Position numbers and translations under genes: made by a program. From Bacillota bacterium (GTDB taxonomy: Bacteria > Bacillota > DTU025), in contig JBMNJT010000008.1 of the NCBI GenBank assembly GCA_050951805.1, positions 96,001 to 160,000 of the forward strand: a DNA stretch of 64,000 bases, given 5' to 3'. Below the pieces are notes generated by a model. It ran no database searches. It had not been told where the DNA came from and worked only from the letters and a program-made list of their open reading frames with translations. Below, one piece after another: positions 30,821 to 39,852 of this stretch (its first letter is position 1; each line of letters begins with the position of its first letter).

Positions 30821-31586
30821 ACTTGAAGGGATAACCGTGAGGTTCGGGGGACTGGTTGCAGTCGACTCCCTCAGTTTTGGGGTGCGCGAGGGGACTATCC
30901 ACGGACTGATAGGTCCCAACGGAGCCGGAAAGAGCACCGTCTTCAACTGCATATCTGGGTTTGTGAGGCAGGACGAAGGAAGCATATCCTTCCGCGGGCA
31001 GCGGCTTGCATGCGAGCCCCATGACGTCATCGCACGGGGTATAGCCCGAACATTCCAAAACGTCGAGCTTTTCCGCGGACAGACCGTACTCGACAATGTC
31101 CTGATCGGGCTACACACAGCGGGAACCGCTAATTTCATCACCGGGGCATTCCAGACCCGGTCGGCGAGGAAGGATGAAGAGCGCCTCCGGGAGCAAGCAA
31201 TGAAAACCCTCGATTTTTTGGGAATCGGCGAATACGCCGGCAGGATCGCCTACGGTCTCCCCTATGGAGTCCAAAAGCTGGTGGAGCTCGCCAGGGCATT
31301 GGCGCTCAGGCCGAATCTGCTCTTGCTCGACGAGCCTGTTGCAGGCATGAACCCAACCGAGCGAGGGGAGCTGGCAGAGGTCATAAGGAACATCAAAAAA
31401 GAGTTCGGCATGACGGTGCTTTTGGTCGAACACGACATGTCTTTCGTTATGGGGCTCTGCGACGAGATAACTGTGATGAATTTTGGCCGGAAGATAGCGG
31501 AGGGCACTCCCAGCGAGGTCCAACAGGACCCGCAGGTCATCCAGGCCTATCTCGGGGAGGATGCAGGAGATGCTGAGGCTATCTGA
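30807..31586 (+). CDS. livG: Liv-type ABC ATPase (LivG)
   Basis: GPNGAGKS, RTFQN, LLDEPVAG, VEHDM. Confidence 0.9.
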   Translation: MAMLELEGITVRFGGLVAVDSLSFGVREGTIHGLIGPNGAGKSTVFNCISGFVRQDEGSISFRGQRLACEPHDVIARGIARTFQNVELFRGQTVLDNVLIGLHTAGTANFITGAFQTRSARKDEERLREQAMKTLDFLGIGEYAGRIAYGLPYGVQKLVELARALALRPNLLLLDEPVAGMNPTERGELAEVIRNIKKEFGMTVLLVEHDMSFVMGLCDEITVMNFGRKIAEGTPSEVQQDPQVIQAYLGEDAGDAEAI

Positions 31587-32313
31587 CGTCGATGTTTACT
31601 ACGGCATGGTCGGAGCGCTCCGAAATGTGTCGATGGAGGTGCGCCAGGGTGAGATCGTGGCCCTTTTAGGGGCGAATGGTGCCGGAAAGACCACAACGCT
31701 GCGGGCGATCTCCGGGATCGTCAGGCCTGCTTCCGGGTCAATCGAATTTGAGGGCAGAGCAATCCATGGACTTTCTCCGGAGCGCATAGTCTCCCTTGGA
31801 ATCGTTCAGGCCCCCGAGGGGCGGCAGGTCTTTCCGGAGCTTTCGGTAAAGGAAAATCTTCTCATTGGGACATATTCCCGCCGGGACCGCGCCAAGATTC
31901 CAGAGGACTTCGCTCACGTTTACGATCATTTTCCCGTCCTGAAGGAGAGGGAATCTCAGCCGGCAGGGACCCTCAGCGGAGGGGAGCAGCAGATGCTTGC
32001 GATAGGGCGAGCCTTGATGGCAAGTCCCAAGGTCTTGCTTCTTGACGAGCCTTCGCTGGGATTGGCCCCACTGGCAACGAAGCAAATTTTCAAGATAATC
32101 GAGGCACTCAATGCCGAAGGCACAACGATACTCCTGGTGGAGCAGAACGCCAGGCTTGCCCTAGCGGTATCGAACAGAGCATATATACTGCAGACGGGCA
32201 GCGTTGCCCTTTCGGGGCCCAGTGATGAGCTGCTCGCAAGCGAGGACGTGAAGCGCTCCTACTTGGGGGGAAGCACTGGAGGCAGAGACATTGCCGAGGT
32301 TGAGCGAGCTTGA
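31570..32313 (+). CDS. livF: Liv-type ABC ATPase (LivF)
   Basis: GANGAGKT, LSGGEQQML, LDEPSLGLAP. Confidence 0.9.
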   Translation: MLRLSDVDVYYGMVGALRNVSMEVRQGEIVALLGANGAGKTTTLRAISGIVRPASGSIEFEGRAIHGLSPERIVSLGIVQAPEGRQVFPELSVKENLLIGTYSRRDRAKIPEDFAHVYDHFPVLKERESQPAGTLSGGEQQMLAIGRALMASPKVLLLDEPSLGLAPLATKQIFKIIEALNAEGTTILLVEQNARLALAVSNRAYILQTGSVALSGPSDELLASEDVKRSYLGGSTGGRDIAEVERA

Positions 32314-32552
32314 TGTATCGCGAAGTTTCAGCGTGTAGCCGAAGTCGGCCCGGGCTTGGCGATTTCCAGGACTGAGTAGGCGAGTCGCGATTCCGACTCG
32401 CTGGCGAAGACAACCGAGATCAGGATACTCGGGATTGAGCGGTTTGAGACTGTATCAGGCTGCACCTTGCCGACAAGAGCGAAGATATGCGCGGACCCGG
32501 CGATTGCGGTATGGTGCTGACCATACGTCAAAAAGCTGAGGAGGTTAGCAGG

Positions 32553-33749
32553 ATGAAAAGGCATTGGACGTTGGTGCTCGCATCCCTTATGGTTGTTCTT
32601 CTTATGGGAATCCCGGGGCCGGTCACGGCCGCCCCGGAGCCCGGCGTGACCGCAAATCAGGTTCTCATAGGCGCGTTCCAGGATCAATCGGGCCCGGCCG
32701 CTGTGGTCGGAATAAACATGCGCAAGGGCATGGAAGCCTACTTCAACTGGATCAACTCGAAGGGCGGAGTGAATGGACGGAAGATCCGGTTCATAGTTGA
32801 AGACGACGGTTTTCAGCCGTCTAGGTCGATTGCGGCCGCCAAGAAACTGATTGAGCAGGACAAGGTTTTCGCGCTCGTCGGAACGCTGGGGACTCCTGGC
32901 GTGCAGGCGACCATAGACTACATCCAATCGAAAAAGGTTCCGTCAATATACCAAGGCAGCGGTATCAGCGAATTAGCGTTCCCACCGAAAAGGTATTTCT
33001 TCCCGGTTCAGCCCAACTTCATCAGCGAGGGCCGCATTATCGCCCAATACGTGGTAGAAGGGCTGAAGTGCAAGCGGATCGCAGTGGCATGTGAACAGAC
33101 TGACATTGGGTCAGAAGGCCTTAGGGGCATCAAGGAGCAGTTGGCCGTCTACAAGATGCAACCGGTCGAAGTCGTCAATTTCGGCGCAGCAGATGTCGAC
33201 TTCAGCTCCCAGGTTCTCAAGTTGATCAAGGCCAAGCCGGACGCGGTGATAATCTATTCCACCCTCAAGCCGTGCGCAGGTTTCCTGAAACAGGCTGATC
33301 TCATGGGGCTTGATGCGCAGTTCCTCACGACATACGTGAATGCCGATCCAATTCAGATGCCGGCGCTCGCCGGTGAGGCATGTGTGGGGCTGATCGCCCC
33401 GGGTTGGGTCCCGGTGCTTGGGAACGATGAGGATTCCGTCAAGTACCTCGAAATCTACCAGGCCACCTATCCCAATGAAATGCCGAGTGCTTTCGCGGCA
33501 GCCGGATTCATTGCGGCTGAGGTTTTTTGTGAGGGGTTGAGGAGATGTGGGGCCAATCCCACCAGGGAGGGCCTAGTGGCTGCAATGGAGACATTCAGAG
33601 ACTGGAATGGAATCATGGCTAAGGGCATAACCTACACCCCAGAATGGCGGTCAGGCAAGGCTTCGATGTACTTCATGAGGTTTGCCAAGCCCAAGTTCGA
33701 GGAGGACTCGATCGAAGTCATATCAGGCTGGGTTAAGCTGAAGATATGA
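32553..33749 (+). CDS. ABC substrate-binding protein (periplasmic binding protein type 1)
   Basis: Signal peptide, GVTANQVLIG, INSKGGVNGRKI, EDDGFQP; RBS GAGGAGG. Confidence 0.88.
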   Translation: MKRHWTLVLASLMVVLLMGIPGPVTAAPEPGVTANQVLIGAFQDQSGPAAVVGINMRKGMEAYFNWINSKGGVNGRKIRFIVEDDGFQPSRSIAAAKKLIEQDKVFALVGTLGTPGVQATIDYIQSKKVPSIYQGSGISELAFPPKRYFFPVQPNFISEGRIIAQYVVEGLKCKRIAVACEQTDIGSEGLRGIKEQLAVYKMQPVEVVNFGAADVDFSSQVLKLIKAKPDAVIIYSTLKPCAGFLKQADLMGLDAQFLTTYVNADPIQMPALAGEACVGLIAPGWVPVLGNDEDSVKYLEIYQATYPNEMPSAFAAAGFIAAEVFCEGLRRCGANPTREGLVAAMETFRDWNGIMAKGITYTPEWRSGKASMYFMRFAKPKFEEDSIEVISGWVKLKI

Positions 33750-33916
33750 CGCCGGGGCACAGCTTGCGTCCGGAGGGTCGAAAGCAGGCGCCGAAAACGG
33801 CAACAAGGGCTAAGCAAGTCGTCTAAAGCGTATTGGCAGCAAGGCTCAAACCTCAATCAGGGAAAACGGGATGATTGCGCAAAGACTATCTGAGAATTGC
33901 TAAACAGTATAGTCTG

Positions 33917-33950
33917 AAGATACTACGATTTTTTCGTAGTATCTTTTCTT
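33917..33950 (+). terminator. Perfect 12-bp hairpin with T-rich tail; terminator or operator
   Basis: AAGATACTACGA-TTTTT-TCGTAGTATCTT followed by TTCTT, downstream of the fabG-liv operon. Confidence 0.45.
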
Positions 33951-34385
33951 ATGCTGCGAAACAATCGCAGTGTTGCAAAGAAATATCACGGGGCCACAGT
34001 ATCTGCTCTGACCGGCTCCCAATGACCCTTCCCATCGGCCTCCCGTTTCTGCTGCCTTCTTATGGAGTATGCCCCATCGATCTGGGCAGGTGGCCTTTGC
34101 GAGGCTGGCGATTCTCTGATCTCCTGGAACTGGATCCTAAGTGGTGGGGGGTGCTCGAGTCCTCTCTGAGATGTGCTCAGATGAAAGGTATAACGTGTGA
34201 AATGTTGAACCAATATGAAGCGTCAGGTTACTGCTGAAGTAGGATGTCATCCGCGGGCGCGGGGGCTGGCCTGAACGTCCGCAGCGGGTTGGCATGCGCA
34301 ACAGAGCACGACGTTGATGCGTCTTCGCGACAAGACAGGTAGGGCAATCGTATACGTTCCTATTTCACAGAGGAGGTGGTTGGAC

Positions 34386-35342
34386 ATGCCCGACAAAGCG
34401 TCAGGACAGCCAGTCGTCCTGGAATACGTGAAGATGCGGTTGCCGGAGCTTTCCGCTCTTGACCGCGAATCCACAGTCTTCATAATAAGTGTGAGCCCAA
34501 TCGAGGTCCACGGACCCCATCTGCCGGTGGGCACGGACGTTTTCATCGCCGAGGAGCTGGCCGCGAGATACATCCGTGAGCTTTTTGCACGCCATCCCGA
34601 GCTTACATTCGTAACCCTACCCTCGCTATACTTGGGCTCAGACGCCCTTCCGGTGAAGGGATCGCTTTCGGTGCCTGCTCCCTATCTAGAGGGGGCCTTG
34701 TTTTCTTACGGCAAAGGCCTGGCGGCCCAGGGTTTTCGCTATCTTTTCGTGGCCGACAACCATGGCGGTCCTCGCCATCAGATGGCGATTGAAGCGGCGG
34801 CCCGGGCACTCTGGAAGAAGCACAAGTTTTACCTCATAGATCCGTTCAACATAGAGTTCCGCTACATGGTTGAGCACGACCCGGATTTCGTGAAGAGGAC
34901 CGGACTCGGGCCCGGCGTATGCGGAGATGATCCCGACAGCCATGCAGGGACAAATGAGACATCGCTGATGTTGGCATGTTGCGAGGAGCAAGTCGCTGGA
35001 GGATACCGCGAAGTTCCGGCCTCTCTGCCCCCGCCGCACACAGGAGGGGCATCATTCGTAGCCGGACTGGCCAAGATCGTAAGGTTTTTTGGCGGAGATG
35101 TGCTCTCTCGCGACCTGGAACACCTCGCGAACACGTTGGCCTGGGTAGGTGATCCCGACATGCTGCCATACATGGGCGATCCGAGCAAGGCCACGGTCGA
35201 GGCGGGGGAGGCCATGCTTGCTGCCAGAGTTGAAGTTGCGATGGAGCTATTCGAGCGCGCCCTTGCGAGCGGGGGTAAAGATCCGGTGCACCTGGAGCCG
35301 ATGCTTTGGGGCGTGAGAGCCATGAGAAAACTGCCAGAGTAG
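34386..35342 (+). CDS. Creatininase family amidohydrolase
   Basis: PIEVHGPHLPVGTD, NHGG, HAGTNETS; RBS AGGAGGTG. Confidence 0.87.
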   Translation: MPDKASGQPVVLEYVKMRLPELSALDRESTVFIISVSPIEVHGPHLPVGTDVFIAEELAARYIRELFARHPELTFVTLPSLYLGSDALPVKGSLSVPAPYLEGALFSYGKGLAAQGFRYLFVADNHGGPRHQMAIEAAARALWKKHKFYLIDPFNIEFRYMVEHDPDFVKRTGLGPGVCGDDPDSHAGTNETSLMLACCEEQVAGGYREVPASLPPPHTGGASFVAGLAKIVRFFGGDVLSRDLEHLANTLAWVGDPDMLPYMGDPSKATVEAGEAMLAARVEVAMELFERALASGGKDPVHLEPMLWGVRAMRKLPE

Positions 35343-35567
35343 CAGAATGCGGGCGGATTATGCATCTGGCAGATCCGCTCGGCCGACATGGAAGACCGCT
35401 CTATCTTGCGATCATCCGTCAACTGGGCCGCAACGCGCCATGGGCTGTAACCGCCCATCCCTGCCTCGGAGGGTGCGTTCTCCGCATTGCGGTTATCATA
35501 AAAACATGCGGCCATAAGTTCAAATGACAGGCAAGAGATGGAATTTGACACATGGGAGAAGTAGATT

Positions 35568-38120
35568 ATGGAGATTCGTTTTTTGGGGGGCGCTGAGGAA
35601 GTTGGCGCCTCATGCATACTTGTCAAAACAGAATCGGGGAAGAACGTGCTCCTCGATGCAGGCGTCAGGGTGAGCGAAGAGGGGACGGAAATGCTCCCCA
35701 ACCTTGAGCCGCTCAACGACGTAGTTATCGATGCGATAATCCTGTCCCACGCCCATCTAGATCACAGTGGCGCCCTTCCGCTAGTGGCCAAACTTTCGCC
35801 CGGGGCATCCATATTCGCCACGACGGCAACGCGCGATTTGGCCACAGTCTTGCTGTACGATTCAGTCAAGGTTGCAGAATTCAGGGAAGGGCTGCAGCTC
35901 TTCGACGCAGACGATGCCCAGCAGGCCCTAGACAGGGTGGTCACATACGGGTTCGGGACTTCTTTTGAGGCAGTAGAGGGGATTCAGGCGGTGTTCCTCC
36001 AAGCAGGGCACATCCTCGGCGCTGCGGCGGTACTGCTTCAGACAGAAGAAGGGACGCTCCTTTACACTGGCGACTTTACCACATTTGAGCAGGAGACCGT
36101 AGGTATGCAGGCGTTCAGTGGAGCTCTCAAGCGCGGGGCCGATGTGGTGATCACCGAGGCCACCTATGGATCGAGGATTCACGCTCCGAGGTCTCAGGAG
36201 ATGCAAAGGCTGCTCGATACTATCGGCGAGACGCTGGACGCTGGCGGAAGGGCGCTTGTGCCTGCTTTTGCCGTGGGAAGGTCTCAGGAGATAATCTTGG
36301 CTCTCAGAAACTACATGCGGCGAACGAAGAGAAAATACCCTGTGTACGTTGATGGTCTGATACGAAACGTAAATACCGTTTTCGCTAGGAACCCGAATTA
36401 CCTGAAGCAAAGATACAAGAAAGAAGTCCTGCGGGGCCATGAGCTTTTTTACACGAATGGTATCGAAGCAGTGGGGAGCAAGTCCCAAAGGGACAAGATC
36501 CTCGCATCGAAAGATCCGTGTGTGATAATTGCGAGTTCAGGGATGCTCACAGGCGGAGTGTCGCCGATATACGCAGAGAGGATTCTCGAGGATGAGAAGA
36601 ATCTCTTGGCGATAGTGGGGTACCAGGATGAAGAATCGCCGGGAAGAAGATTGCTGGACTTGGCTGAGCTTCCAAAGAATGAACGGACGATACTTTTGAA
36701 CGAAAACGAATACCGGGTTAGGTGCAAGGTGGGGAAGTTCGGTCTTTCGGCCCATGCGGACTCGCTCGGGATCATCGCTTCAGTAAAGGCTTTAAGGCCC
36801 GACTTCGTCCTCCTCAACCATGGGAATGAGGAGTCTCTTGAAGCGCTCTCCCAAGCCCTGGCAGACGAATTGCCTGACACCCGCATAGAAGTGGCCGGCT
36901 CGGGTGGGGTCTACGAGTATGTTCCGGCGCCGGGCGGGGGAAAACGACGATACTCCTTGAAGCCGCAGGTGCGCAGGATAGCGTTGCACAAAGAGGAGCC
37001 GGTAGATCCGGAGGAGCTTTGGCAACACCTGTTCCAGACAGGGACTCTGGGAACGACGCTCACAGTTGCGGATTTGATGATGGTGTGGTACGGTCCCCGA
37101 GAGATCTCCGACGAAGAGAAACGGGCTTTCCGCAAGGAAGTCAGCGGGTCGCCGCGCTTCAGGTCCGCCTACACCAACCCCAATATTGTGTACGTGTTGA
37201 CTGAGGAAGAGTATGTGGACGCTGTTACGCCGAAGCCGATGGAACAGAATGAGGCGTGGGCACTGATTCAGGAAAGATTGTCGCCGTTTGGACTTCAGAA
37301 GGTGGGATTTGCTTCAGATGGAAGCGTGACGCTGTATTTTCCGACGCCGAAATATGCCGAGAGGTGCACAGACGAGATCGGAGAATTGGAGCGGGAGATA
37401 CTGCGCAGAATCGAAGTTGCGCCAAACTCCAATATGGAATTCCTGAAGACCAAGATCAAGACGGACTTGGCAGAGGAGTTCGGCATAAGGGTCAACCGCG
37501 ATCCGTCCTTCGGCGCACAATCGGTCACTGTGAAGGAGCCAGCAGGGTTGGCACAGCCAGGAATCCGAGGACGAACGTTGGGAGAATATGCAGAGGCGTT
37601 CGAGGAGGAGACAGGCTACAAATTGCTGTTTAGGGTTGAAGGACAGAGCCTTCTGGATCAGGTTGCCGCACGGCGCAGTCAGGACCCGTGGACGCCGGAG
37701 GGTGTACCGTCACACGGCGTGAGTGAACCTATGGAGCAGAATATGGCGAAGGGCATGATCGACGATGCTTTCGCGGGAGCGGTCAATCAACCGAAGGTCA
37801 GCATTTACAGGGATGAGGGACGGATGGCGCTTGCCTTCATAACCCCCCAGGTCGGGGAGAGATACAAGGAGATCCTGGACAAGCTCGAGGCGGCGACAGG
37901 ATGGAGACTGGAAATCCAGGAGAGCGCGAGAGTGAATGAGCTGGCCGACTTGGCCAGGGAGCTCCTGGCCGCCAACGGCCTAGGAGGGATGAAGGTTGGC
38001 GTTCATTCGGGCTATGCCGAGGCAAGGGGCCCTGTGGACGTTGACGAGGCGGTTGCCCAGAGGCTGAGCAAGGCCTACTCAGAGTTGACAGGTTACGAGC
38101 TGAGGTTCAGACGGACGTAG
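35568..38120 (+). CDS. MBL/beta-CASP ribonuclease (CPSF73-like) with long repeated C-terminal extension
   Basis: FLGGAEEVGASC, SHAHLDH, AGHILG, YTGD, EATYG, FAVGRSQE, SSGML, LSAHAD, NHG. Confidence 0.88.
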   Translation: MEIRFLGGAEEVGASCILVKTESGKNVLLDAGVRVSEEGTEMLPNLEPLNDVVIDAIILSHAHLDHSGALPLVAKLSPGASIFATTATRDLATVLLYDSVKVAEFREGLQLFDADDAQQALDRVVTYGFGTSFEAVEGIQAVFLQAGHILGAAAVLLQTEEGTLLYTGDFTTFEQETVGMQAFSGALKRGADVVITEATYGSRIHAPRSQEMQRLLDTIGETLDAGGRALVPAFAVGRSQEIILALRNYMRRTKRKYPVYVDGLIRNVNTVFARNPNYLKQRYKKEVLRGHELFYTNGIEAVGSKSQRDKILASKDPCVIIASSGMLTGGVSPIYAERILEDEKNLLAIVGYQDEESPGRRLLDLAELPKNERTILLNENEYRVRCKVGKFGLSAHADSLGIIASVKALRPDFVLLNHGNEESLEALSQALADELPDTRIEVAGSGGVYEYVPAPGGGKRRYSLKPQVRRIALHKEEPVDPEELWQHLFQTGTLGTTLTVADLMMVWYGPREISDEEKRAFRKEVSGSPRFRSAYTNPNIVYVLTEEEYVDAVTPKPMEQNEAWALIQERLSPFGLQKVGFASDGSVTLYFPTPKYAERCTDEIGELEREILRRIEVAPNSNMEFLKTKIKTDLAEEFGIRVNRDPSFGAQSVTVKEPAGLAQPGIRGRTLGEYAEAFEEETGYKLLFRVEGQSLLDQVAARRSQDPWTPEGVPSHGVSEPMEQNMAKGMIDDAFAGAVNQPKVSIYRDEGRMALAFITPQVGERYKEILDKLEAATGWRLEIQESARVNELADLARELLAANGLGGMKVGVHSGYAEARGPVDVDEAVAQRLSKAYSELTGYELRFRRT

Positions 38121-38184
38121 AGGCTGTACCACTTCGTGGTTGACGGGTTTTGCCGGGGAAGCGAAACTACACGGGGGCATTACG

Positions 38185-39810
38185 TTGAAGGCTGTTTATG
38201 GGAGTGCATTATTGACGAAACCTCGCCCATCTTGGACTTTGACAATGGCGTGGGCGTTGGTGGTTGCCGCATTGTCTGGGCATGCTGCAGCAGGGGAGAT
38301 AGGAGCTGAGCTTGTTCTGTCGCCTCAGGCAAGAGCCATAGTGGAGACAAACAGGCCGATTTGTCCTGGGCCGTCTGGTGACGACATCGAGAGAGAGGCC
38401 ATAGAGCTGTTGTATAACTACACAGGCCTGGAAGATGAGATTGATGTAGCCCAGATTTGGCGAAATCAAGGCCGATCGGTCAGAACCGGCCAATCGCACC
38501 AATGGCATATCTCTCCACATTATGCTGCGGAAGAAGTTGAACTGTTGTTCGAAGTATTGAAGTACGGATATGCTGGGTACGAATACTTCGGTGGCGATGA
38601 AGCCTTCGAAGCGGCAAAGGACGGGATACTCCGCGAGATAGGCGAATTTGCGGAGGAGATTCCCATGTGGCAATACATAGACATCATCGCCGCAAATCTC
38701 AGTTTCGTTCGGGATGGACATCTCTCAATTGGGGAGAGAAGAATCTGTGAATACCATCAATTCAGGGCAAGTCCGACTCACAGTTTTTGCATGGATAATG
38801 AGGGTCAATTCTGGAATGCCGATGGCGAGAGAATTCTATCCATAGATGGCCAGTCCCCGTCTGCATTCATGAAACCGTCTATAGATGAAGCCGGCGACAT
38901 AGTCTACCTGTTGGGGATGGTTCTGCCTGAGGGAAGCGGGGATGTAGCGCTCAAACTCGAATACGCAGACGGGTGCGATGAAATGGCCTGGCTTGTCCCT
39001 TTTTCACCCATGGTTCTTGACGGGCCTGTCTACGAGCTGTCCGAGGTTGGGGGCGTGCCGCTCATAACGTGCGGAGACTTTCGTGATCTTCCCGGCCAAC
39101 GGCGCGCCATTGCTCGATTCGCCGAGGATGCGGAGGGTTTTCGGGATGAAGACGTGATCATCTTGGACCTTAGGTCCAATCGCGGGGGAAGGTATGCCTA
39201 TGGTAGGGAATGGTGTCGCCGGTTGAGCGGTGGAGACGTTGGGCCGAGCACCTATTCCAGGCGACTCGTTACAGATGTGGCATTGGCATTGTTATCCAAC
39301 ACGTTGTCCGAATCAGATGATAACCTGTCTAGTCTCGAAAACCAGGATGATGCGCCTTGGATGAAGGACAGAAGCGAGGACCCCGAGTTGCCCGGGTGGA
39401 GCTATGCAGTCGTCGAACAGGAGGCCCGGGCAGGTAGGACGCCATTTGTTGTTGTGCTCCTCGATTCATACGTGGCCAGTGCAGCCGAAGTCTTCGTCAG
39501 AAGGTTACGATATTGCCAAAATACTGTCTTTATTGGGACGAATACGCGAGGTGCCGCGCTTTGCGGCAATACGGGGGTGATGGAGCTTCCTTATTCCGGG
39601 CTGAAGGTGAGCCTGCCTACTATGATCTGTTTTGACGGCGAGATGCAGAATATCGATGGATGTGGGTATTTTCCTGATTTCTGGGTGCATCCTGACTTTG
39701 TGATGGAGAGGGCTGTGAGGTTCATCGAGAAGCAGCTAGTGTCGGTGCAAGCCGATGGGGCCCTCGGGCAGACGAGCGAAGAAGAACCTGGAGGCATTAT
39801 GCGGCAATAA
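38185..39810 (+). CDS. Secreted S41 family peptidase (paralog 1)
   Basis: Hydrophobic N-terminus, DGH, ILDLRSNRGG, VASAAE, IGTNTRG, GYFPDFWV; start uncertain. Confidence 0.8.
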   Translation: MKAVYGSALLTKPRPSWTLTMAWALVVAALSGHAAAGEIGAELVLSPQARAIVETNRPICPGPSGDDIEREAIELLYNYTGLEDEIDVAQIWRNQGRSVRTGQSHQWHISPHYAAEEVELLFEVLKYGYAGYEYFGGDEAFEAAKDGILREIGEFAEEIPMWQYIDIIAANLSFVRDGHLSIGERRICEYHQFRASPTHSFCMDNEGQFWNADGERILSIDGQSPSAFMKPSIDEAGDIVYLLGMVLPEGSGDVALKLEYADGCDEMAWLVPFSPMVLDGPVYELSEVGGVPLITCGDFRDLPGQRRAIARFAEDAEGFRDEDVIILDLRSNRGGRYAYGREWCRRLSGGDVGPSTYSRRLVTDVALALLSNTLSESDDNLSSLENQDDAPWMKDRSEDPELPGWSYAVVEQEARAGRTPFVVVLLDSYVASAAEVFVRRLRYCQNTVFIGTNTRGAALCGNTGVMELPYSGLKVSLPTMICFDGEMQNIDGCGYFPDFWVHPDFVMERAVRFIEKQLVSVQADGALGQTSEEEPGGIMRQ

Positions 39811-39852
39811 CGATTATCCGGAATCCATATGATTTCTTCGTGAGGTGAGGTC

